The translations under genes were made by a program, and so were the position numbers. DNA of 36,352 nt from assembly GCA_036149055.1 (NCBI GenBank), contig JAYZQJ010000010.1:1-36352 (forward strand). Reading direction: 5' to 3'. Positions within the stretch are counted from its first letter, which is position 1. Each line of letters begins with the position of its first letter. The notes beneath the pieces are model-generated. The model had not been told where the DNA came from and made no database searches. It was given only the letters and a program-made list of their open reading frames with translations. Source of the DNA: Myxococcota bacterium (GTDB taxonomy: Bacteria > Myxococcota_A > Polyangia > Polyangiales > Sandaracinaceae). Of this stretch, positions 1 through 7,060 are shown one piece after another.

Positions 1-296
1 CTGGTCCTCTACAACGTAGGCCGCTGCTACGAGGAGCTGGGCCGGTTCCGAGACGCGCGCGACGCGTACCAGCGATACCTCCGTGAGGCGGCGGACGACG
101 CTCAGGATCGCGGGCAGGTCGAGGAGAAGGCTGCGCGAGCTCGAGACGCGCGTGTCGCTCGACGAGACAGAGACCGGACGCGCGGCCCCGAGCAGAGACG
201 CCGCCGCGCCGGGGAACGGGTCGGGACACGCTCGAGAGCGTCAGCACCGATGGGAGCGGCAACTTCGTGGGTGCTTCGCTCGGCTGGCGACTATGA
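1..296 (+). pseudogene. 3' part of a TPR-containing protein gene, apparently frameshifted (truncated by window start)
   Basis: Frame 1 from base 1 reads LVLYNVGRCYEELGRFRDARDAYQRYLREAADDAQDRGQVEEK (TPR-like). The natural continuation LRELETRVSLDE... is in frame 2 after ~130. A plausible beta-strand C-terminus TLESVSTDGSGNFVGASLGWRL* is in frame 3, ending TGA 294-296. Confidence 0.55.
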
Positions 297-311
297 CGGG
301 GTTGTCGTCCG

Positions 312-1121
312 CTACCTGCCTCGATCCCGTCCCCAGCGCCTGGCTCGCCGCCAAGCCCGCAGCCGGTGCTCCAGCTCGCGGGCCGCGGTGCGCACTCTCG
401 AGGCGACCCGCGCGTCCCAGGTGACCGTCGTCTCGACCCGCCGGCTCTTCACGGAGCCTGACTTCCGCGCCCAGGCCCAGCGATCGTCCTGGACGCGGAA
501 GTCCCCGTAGTGGGGGTGCTGCATCACGAGGAGCTCGAACACCGCGCGAACGTGCGGCTCGCGGATCTGCTCCTCCGTCATGCTGGAGTGCTGGATTCCA
601 TCGGTGCCCGTGTATCCCGTGTCGGCCTCGTGGTCCCGGTAGGTCCAGCCGTAGTCGTCGAAGAGCAAGGTGGCGCCTTCTCGGAGCAGCTTGTCCACGA
701 GGAAGAAGGCGAGCCCGTCGACGGTCCAGTTCTTCGGACCGTCGATGAAGCAGAAGTCGTAGAGCGGCTCGCAGACGCCGTCTGCGCTCTGCCGCTCGAT
801 CGTGCGCTTGAGGAACCAGTTGTAGCCGCCCGGCTCCCTCACGATGCGCACCCGATGGGCGAGACCCGTTCGCTGGAGGAGGTCCTCCAGCGACGGGGAG
901 TGACTGACGTCCTCCGGCCGGTCGACCGCGGTCACCACGCCATCGTCTCCGATGGCTTCGAGAGCTGCCGCGACGTAGCAGGTGCTCACGCCGTGAGCGA
1001 AGCCGAGCTCCAGGCAGCTTCGCGGTCGCTCGCGAAGGATGTGCTCGTACAGGATGCGGCCCCACCAGGGAGAGGTGAACGGTATCCCGACGAGGTGGGA
1101 GGTGATCGTCTCCAGATTCAC
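312..1121 (-). CDS. Class I SAM-dependent methyltransferase (Methyltransf_24-like)
   Basis: Motif I CLELGFAHGVST, then AVD, YDFCFIDGPKNW and LLFDDY. GTG start overlaps the flippase stop (GTGA coupling). Confidence 0.85.
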   Translation of the reverse strand: MNLETITSHLVGIPFTSPWWGRILYEHILRERPRSCLELGFAHGVSTCYVAAALEAIGDDGVVTAVDRPEDVSHSPSLEDLLQRTGLAHRVRIVREPGGYNWFLKRTIERQSADGVCEPLYDFCFIDGPKNWTVDGLAFFLVDKLLREGATLLFDDYGWTYRDHEADTGYTGTDGIQHSSMTEEQIREPHVRAVFELLVMQHPHYGDFRVQDDRWAWARKSGSVKSRRVETTVTWDARVASRVRTAARELEHRLRAWRRARRWGRDRGR

Positions 1122-2578
1122 GGTGCTCCCCCGGCTCGCGCGCGGACGGCGGCGACGGTCGCACGCAGCTTACTCCAGGTGACGCCCAGCAGCGCCGCGC
1201 CCAGGAGAGGAGCGATCAGAGCCGCCGCGACGCGCGCGACGAGTGACGCGGCGCCATGCCGATCCAGGCTGACCAGGTACGTTGCGGCCGTGGCACCGAT
1301 GACACACACGAGCACGCCGCGCGCTACTCGCAACTCCAGTCGCCGTACGCCTTCGGCCAAACGATTCGCCACGAGCGTTCCCGCGGCGGCGCCGACGACC
1401 AGGGCCGTGGGTGCACCCAGTAGAGGGAACCGAGGGATGAGCCAGAGGGAGAGGCCGATGGTCAGGCTCGCGTTCACGGCGCCGGTGGCGATCCAGAGCC
1501 CCGTCCGCTGGGCGAGCTCGCCTCCGACGCCGGCGATCCGCCGTGCTCCCTCGAGGACCTCGAGGAAGAGCATCGCCGGCACGACCAGGACGGCGGCGCG
1601 GTAGGACTCGCTGACGAGGCCCGCCAGCTCGGGCCCGAACACGGCCACCACGAAGCTCACCGACCCCCCGAGCCAGATGTACGCCTGGAGGAACGTGTCC
1701 ACATCGCGTCCCAGGTTCTCGTCCGCCCGTCGCGCGTGGAGCGCCGGCTCGAGCGTCATCATGAGCGCGAGGTTGAGCATACCCAGCGGCGCGGCGACCC
1801 GAACGGCGAGGTCATACACCCCCGCCGCCGAGAGCGAGCCGAGCTCCGCGACGAGGAAGCGATCGAACTCCCGCAGGCCCGTCAGCGCGTACAGCGCGGC
1901 GAACGGGACGCCGATCCTGAACAGAGGCGCGATCCACCGACGCGAGGGGCGAGTGAGGAGGACCTCGCGTCCGATCCAAAGGAGCGGGAGCAACGCGATC
2001 GCTTGCGCCGCGACTCGCCCCACGACGAGGCCCTCGAGGCCCCAGCGCAAGCCGTAGACGAGGACGATGAAGAGTCCACCCTCCAGGGCACCGACCACGC
2101 CCATGGCGAGCGCGACCGGCATGTGTCTCCCCTCGACTCGCAGCCAGTTGCTGACCGCTCGGGCGGGCGACCCCAGCACGAGAGTGAACGCCAGCCAGGG
2201 GATCAGGTCGGCGTGCTCGTCGGCTCCGAGGGCGAGCTCGGCCACGGGCTGTCGGAAGAGGACCAGCAAGCCAGCCACCGCGCCGGCGAGCAGCATTCGA
2301 AATCCCAGCAGGGTGCTGAACACGGAGCGCCTGCCTTTGCCGCTCTCCTCGCTCGCCAACCGGACGCCCGCCGTGTCGAGGCCGAGGTCGACCATGATCG
2401 CGAAGCTGAGCAGCACGACGCTGTTGAGCACGGCGAACTCGCCGAGCTCCTCGGTGCTCACGGCCCAGGTCACGAGCGGAACCGCGACGAGGGACACACC
2501 GCGGGCCAGCGTCAGGGCGGCCACGTAGGCGCCGGTGGCGCGTAGGAGGGAGCGCGCGGGCGGCCCGTGTTCGGACAT
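1118..2578 (-). CDS. Wzx/MOP-family oligosaccharide flippase (polysaccharide biosynthesis protein)
   Basis: 486 aa with about 12-14 hydrophobic segments. N-terminal pattern LARGVSLVAVPLVT..STEELGEF..DLGLDTAGVR; second-half motif FDRFLVA..SLSAAGVYDLAVR. Start taken at ATG 2578. Confidence 0.85.
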   Translation of the reverse strand: MSEHGPPARSLLRATGAYVAALTLARGVSLVAVPLVTWAVSTEELGEFAVLNSVVLLSFAIMVDLGLDTAGVRLASEESGKGRRSVFSTLLGFRMLLAGAVAGLLVLFRQPVAELALGADEHADLIPWLAFTLVLGSPARAVSNWLRVEGRHMPVALAMGVVGALEGGLFIVLVYGLRWGLEGLVVGRVAAQAIALLPLLWIGREVLLTRPSRRWIAPLFRIGVPFAALYALTGLREFDRFLVAELGSLSAAGVYDLAVRVAAPLGMLNLALMMTLEPALHARRADENLGRDVDTFLQAYIWLGGSVSFVVAVFGPELAGLVSESYRAAVLVVPAMLFLEVLEGARRIAGVGGELAQRTGLWIATGAVNASLTIGLSLWLIPRFPLLGAPTALVVGAAAGTLVANRLAEGVRRLELRVARGVLVCVIGATAATYLVSLDRHGAASLVARVAAALIAPLLGAALLGVTWSKLRATVAAVRARAGGAP

Positions 2579-2627
2579 GTCGGAGCGGAGGTGCGTCGGC
2601 GTGGCTCCCGAACGTACCATGCGCCGA

Positions 2628-3518
2628 GTGTGGAAAGCGGCACGTCGGCGAGCGTCCCGGCTCCTCGGGTTTCGGGGGATGGGCGTCACGTGGCGCGAGC
2701 ACGCGCGCGCGGTGGCGGCCCTCGAGGCGGTGGCGGCGCGACCAGCGCCCGAGAGGGCGGACGCGGCGGCGGACTTCACGCTCACCCTCAACGCGTTCCG
2801 GCGCCCCGAGAACATCCCGCTGCTCACCCACCTCGCGCTCGCGACCCCCTCGGTCCGCGAGGTCGTGATCAGCCACAACGACCCGTCGATCCCGCTCCCG
2901 CTCGCCCCCCATCCTCGGGTCCGCGTGGTTCGTCGTGACGGTCCGTACGGACCCATCGGTCGCTACTCGGTCGCCCTCGAGGCGAGGACGGACCTCTTCT
3001 TGTCCGTGGACGACGACCTCTTCCTGCATCCGGACCAGCTCGAGCGACTCGCGGAGGAAGCGCGCGGCGACGCCTCGGCGCCGCACGGGTTCTACGGTCA
3101 GCTCTTCGACGGTCGGCGCTTTCGCTACAACCGGGGCCGCAGCGACGGGCGGGTGGACGTGCTCAACCGCGCCTACGCGTTCACCCGCGAGCACCTCGAC
3201 CGGTACTGCGCGCTCCTCGACCTGCTCGGGCTCAGCGAGCGCGAACGGCGGCGGCTGACCATGGATGACGTCGTCCTCGCGTTCTGTGGGGCGGAGCGAC
3301 CGCGGGCTCACGACCTCGGCCCACACGTGGACTGCCCGACCGAGCACGACCAGCGGATCGCCATCTTCCGGAGGCGCGGCGAACACGCGCGTCGCGCGGC
3401 GCTCTACGCGCGGCTCGAGGGACTGGTCACGCGACGGCGCGGGGGGCCCGACGCCCTGCCCATCCGCGACCCTCGGTCGCCGCGGCGGTTGCCGCTCTGG
3501 CGTGTGCTCAGCGCCTGA
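2628..3518 (+). CDS. GT-A fold glycosyltransferase, GT64/EXTL2-like
   Basis: LTLNAFRR, VREVVISHN, RYSVALEARTDLFLSVDDD (DxD motif) and MDDVVL. Start is GTG 2628 (leaderless pattern) or ATG 2619. Confidence 0.7.
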   Translation: MWKAARRRASRLLGFRGMGVTWREHARAVAALEAVAARPAPERADAAADFTLTLNAFRRPENIPLLTHLALATPSVREVVISHNDPSIPLPLAPHPRVRVVRRDGPYGPIGRYSVALEARTDLFLSVDDDLFLHPDQLERLAEEARGDASAPHGFYGQLFDGRRFRYNRGRSDGRVDVLNRAYAFTREHLDRYCALLDLLGLSERERRRLTMDDVVLAFCGAERPRAHDLGPHVDCPTEHDQRIAIFRRRGEHARRAALYARLEGLVTRRRGGPDALPIRDPRSPRRLPLWRVLSA

Positions 3519-4239
3519 GGCGATCGATCAACTTCCGGAGGGGACCCTGGCGAGCCGGTCCATGCAGGTTGAAGTTGATGACGACGCGCTCCCGCTCGCC
3601 GTAGAACGGATGCACCTCGTGCAGCAGGTCCGCGGGCCACATCATCAGGAGCCCCGGCTTCGGGCGGATGAAGTGGTTCTCTCCGCGGATCCGGAAGCTG
3701 AAGAGCCCCGAGTACTTCATGTTCTCCACCGGGGCGCCGTCGTCGACGTAGTAGGCGCCTGCCCACATGTGCTCGAAGGGCGGCGGATCGTAGCGCTCGT
3801 GGTTGTGGAGGACCTTGCGGTCACCGTTCCGGTAGAGCTGGATCCAGCTCTCGGTCAGGGTCGCGCTCACCCGGGAGCCGGAGGTCACTCGCACCGTCTC
3901 GACGAAGGCGTCCTCGATGGAGCGTCGAAGCTGTCGCACGGCGTCCGCTTCGAGATCGAGGAACTGGTTCGTGGGGACGCAGTGCCAGATCCCGACCGCA
4001 GGGGGGTGAGCCTCGGTGAACGAGTGCGGGTGCCAGTCGGGCGGGGCGTGCCCGAGGTCCTCGGCGTGCTTCTCGTCTGGCACCTCGAGCAGGCGCTGCT
4101 CCATCGCCGCCGTCGCCGCCGTCATCAGCGCCGCGTGAAACTCGCCGAGGTCGGGGCGGTCGAGCACCCGGTAGAAGATCGGGATCGGCGCGAGATGGTA
4201 GACGTCGCCAGCGAAGGGTCGCAGGATCCCATGGTCCAT
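3508..4239 (-). CDS. Putative 2OG-Fe(II) oxygenase (2OG-FeII_Oxy_5 / TIGR02466-like)
   Basis: ESWIQLYRNGDRKVLHNH...WAGAYYV...PKPGLLMMWPADLLHEVHPF...ERVVINFN gives HxH...H...R ligands. Confidence 0.8.
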   Translation of the reverse strand: MDHGILRPFAGDVYHLAPIPIFYRVLDRPDLGEFHAALMTAATAAMEQRLLEVPDEKHAEDLGHAPPDWHPHSFTEAHPPAVGIWHCVPTNQFLDLEADAVRQLRRSIEDAFVETVRVTSGSRVSATLTESWIQLYRNGDRKVLHNHERYDPPPFEHMWAGAYYVDDGAPVENMKYSGLFSFRIRGENHFIRPKPGLLMMWPADLLHEVHPFYGERERVVINFNLHGPARQGPLRKLIDRLRR

Positions 4240-4288
4240 CGCGTCGAAACCTACTTCAGGCGCATTCCTCCGACCACGCGGGACCCGC

Positions 4289-7060
4289 ATGACGTCCGAG
4301 CGGGCTGGCCGACTCCTCTTCGCGCTCGTCGCCCTCTATCTCGTCGTCCACGCGGCCACGGCCGCCTACGTGCTGGGCGCGCTGTGGGATTGGCGCGCGT
4401 TCGAAGGGGCCTGGTTCGACCACGCGTGGGAGCTCGAGCTCGTCTACCAGGCGCGACTCGGCCACTGGAGCGGGCGCGACTTCCACTACCCGCGCGGTCC
4501 GCTCTGGCAGGCCATCGCGTGGCTGGCCGGGCGACCCTGGGCGGCGTTCGAGGGTCCGCGCACCCTCGCGGGCATCGATCTCGCGTTTCACCTGCTCGCC
4601 ATCGGGACGCTGGTCGGCATCGTGCTCCGGCGGGTACGGGGAGCCTGGCGACAGCTGGTGATCCTGTGTGCGCTCGGCAGCGTGAGCTACGCGGTCGGCG
4701 TCCCCACGTTCCGCGCGCTCCTGTCCGTCCTCCTCGTGCTCCTGTACGTGACCCCGGAAGACGAGGAGCCGAGCTGGGGCGGGGCGGCCCGCTGCGCCGG
4801 CGTCCTCGGCCTCTCGCTCCTCGTGTCGTTCGATCGGTTCGGGCTGGGCGCGCTCTCTCTCCTGGCGATGGCGGTGGTGGAGCTCGGTCTCGCGCGAGCG
4901 CGAAGAGAGGCGCTGGGGCCTGCGCTCCGGAGGGCCTGGATGACCGCCGCCGCGGTGATCGCCATGCTCGCGGTTCTCTCGCTCGTCGGCTGGGCGCTCG
5001 GGGCGGACCCCGTGGCCTTCGTGGTCGAACAGCGTCGCATCGCGAGCGGATACGCGACGGGGATGCGCAGCGAGTGGCACGTCGGAGTGCCCCCCATCAA
5101 CGTGCTGGCGTTCTTCGTGGCCGCGGGCGCTCTCCTGCTCGTCGGCGCGCGCGCGCGGTGGTCTCGCGGCTCGCTCACGTGGATCGCGGGGGCACTCCCC
5201 TTCGCGCTTTTCGGGGTGGTCACCAGCGACCAGGGACACGTCTTCATGGCGCTCCTGCCGCTCATCGTCGTGCTCACGCTGGTCGCGGCGCGCGCCGGGA
5301 CCGAGTCCTGGCTGCGTCTCGGCTCCGGCGTGCTCGCGGCCACCGCGCTCCTCGGCTGGTTCGGGACCTACCCCGAGTCGTTCAGCCCGCACCCACGCGC
5401 GTTCGCCGACGCTCTCGAGGTGCTGAGCGGTGACAAGCGCCCCGACCGCGGCTTCCGGTCCGACCACGGGAGGGCGGTCGCCTGGGCGCGGTCGCTTCGT
5501 GGGCCGGAGCGGCCGGCCTGCATGAGCGTGTCCCCGAGCCTCGGAGTGGTGCACGCCATGGCGCAGATCCCCGGACCCACGCAGCTCGGGTTGCGGTGGA
5601 ACGAGTCCTTGCAAGCCCGCCTCGCGCGGTCGATCCGCGAGGCCGACTGCCCCATCCACCTCCACAGCTTCATCAGCTTCGACGACATCGGCGGGAGCTG
5701 GTTCCTCGGGGCCGACTTCCTCGCGGTGGCCGAGCGCTACCGGTTCGACGAGCGCGTGGGCGTCGGAGTGATCGCGATGCGGCGACGCGAGTCGCCGGCG
5801 CCGCCCGCGGTCGCGCTCGTCGACGCGTCGGGCGAAGGCCGGTCGCGCCGGGTCACGCTGCCTGGCGAGCTCGTCTACCCGTTCGACCGGGCCATGACGC
5901 CGGAGCAGATCGTGAGGGTGAGCTACCGCCTCGAGACGCCCGCCTGGCGTGCGCAGCTGGGGGGCGCGCCGTGGGTGGAGTGGCGCTTCGAGCACGACGG
6001 CGAGGCGCTCGGAGAGTGGGAGACCCTGCATCACCTGCATGCCGGAGACGGGGAGGTCCTGCTCGCCCTCGACCCCGAGTCCGTCGAGCACCGCTGGATT
6101 CTGGAGCGCCCTCTCGGGCGAGAGATCGAGGCCGACGCCCTCCGCCTCCGCTTTCGGCGGCGAGGCGTCCTCACCGACGAGCAGGTCGGGTTCGCCCTCC
6201 GTGAGCTGGCGATCCTCTCGCCGCCACCGATGACGCGCCCGCCGGAGCCCGCTGGTTGCCGCGCACAGGTCGATCTCCTCGAAGAGATGCGCGCAGGTCG
6301 CAGCTTCGCGAGGATGACCTCCCCGAGACCATCGGAGCGTCACTTCAACATCGAGCCCAACCCCCACCCGGTCCCGCTCGCCGAGGTGTTCTTCCGCGTC
6401 CGTCCGTGCGCGGACAGCTGCTTTCGGGCGCGCCTCGGGGTCGCCGCCGATCCGGGAGTCTCGGACGGGGCTCGCTTCGAGATTCACCTCATCCGGGGCG
6501 GCGATCGCGCGCGGCTGTACGACGCGCAGGTCCCGGCGGGCGGCCGAGAGGTCGGCGTGGAGCTCCCCCTCGATCTCTGGCCCGATCGCCCACAGCTGAT
6601 CCGAGTGGGGACGCGGACGGGGGAGGGCGAGGCGAACGACTATGCGTTCGTGGCCCAGCCCACGATCGGGCCCTGCTCCGCGCGGACCATGCTCGCGACC
6701 GCGCTCGCTCGGGACGAGGCGGAGGTCGAGGAGGGTGAGGTGCGCGTGGACGGGCGGGACCTCGTGCTCGGGCCGGGCGTCGCTCGCGTCGCGCATCCAC
6801 TTCACGTCATCGACTCGACATGTCTCGGGCTGGGGGCGAGCGCGGAGCAGCCGACCGACGCGCGCGTCTCCGTCTGGTTGCGCGTCGACGACCTCGACCA
6901 GGTCCTGCGTCGCCATCGCGGCACCCTGACGCCGACCCCCATCCCGCTCATCGACGGATTGCACGACTGGGTCGAGCGCGAGGCGACGTTGGTGCTCGAG
7001 GTGGAGTCGGAGCGACCGGTGCGCCTGTGGGGCCCGAACCTCTATCGGTGTGGCGAGTGA
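4289..7060 (+). CDS. Large polytopic membrane protein: GT-C-like N-terminal TM region plus extracytoplasmic beta-sandwich domains (paralog A)
   Basis: 923 aa; about 10 TM segments in the first ~360 aa. First loop FDHAW..GHWSGRDFHYPRGPLW. C-terminal NPCBM/NEW2-like strands (FRARLGV..SDGARFEI..DYAFVAQPTI). Confidence 0.7.
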   Translation: MTSERAGRLLFALVALYLVVHAATAAYVLGALWDWRAFEGAWFDHAWELELVYQARLGHWSGRDFHYPRGPLWQAIAWLAGRPWAAFEGPRTLAGIDLAFHLLAIGTLVGIVLRRVRGAWRQLVILCALGSVSYAVGVPTFRALLSVLLVLLYVTPEDEEPSWGGAARCAGVLGLSLLVSFDRFGLGALSLLAMAVVELGLARARREALGPALRRAWMTAAAVIAMLAVLSLVGWALGADPVAFVVEQRRIASGYATGMRSEWHVGVPPINVLAFFVAAGALLLVGARARWSRGSLTWIAGALPFALFGVVTSDQGHVFMALLPLIVVLTLVAARAGTESWLRLGSGVLAATALLGWFGTYPESFSPHPRAFADALEVLSGDKRPDRGFRSDHGRAVAWARSLRGPERPACMSVSPSLGVVHAMAQIPGPTQLGLRWNESLQARLARSIREADCPIHLHSFISFDDIGGSWFLGADFLAVAERYRFDERVGVGVIAMRRRESPAPPAVALVDASGEGRSRRVTLPGELVYPFDRAMTPEQIVRVSYRLETPAWRAQLGGAPWVEWRFEHDGEALGEWETLHHLHAGDGEVLLALDPESVEHRWILERPLGREIEADALRLRFRRRGVLTDEQVGFALRELAILSPPPMTRPPEPAGCRAQVDLLEEMRAGRSFARMTSPRPSERHFNIEPNPHPVPLAEVFFRVRPCADSCFRARLGVAADPGVSDGARFEIHLIRGGDRARLYDAQVPAGGREVGVELPLDLWPDRPQLIRVGTRTGEGEANDYAFVAQPTIGPCSARTMLATALARDEAEVEEGEVRVDGRDLVLGPGVARVAHPLHVIDSTCLGLGASAEQPTDARVSVWLRVDDLDQVLRRHRGTLTPTPIPLIDGLHDWVEREATLVLEVESERPVRLWGPNLYRCGE

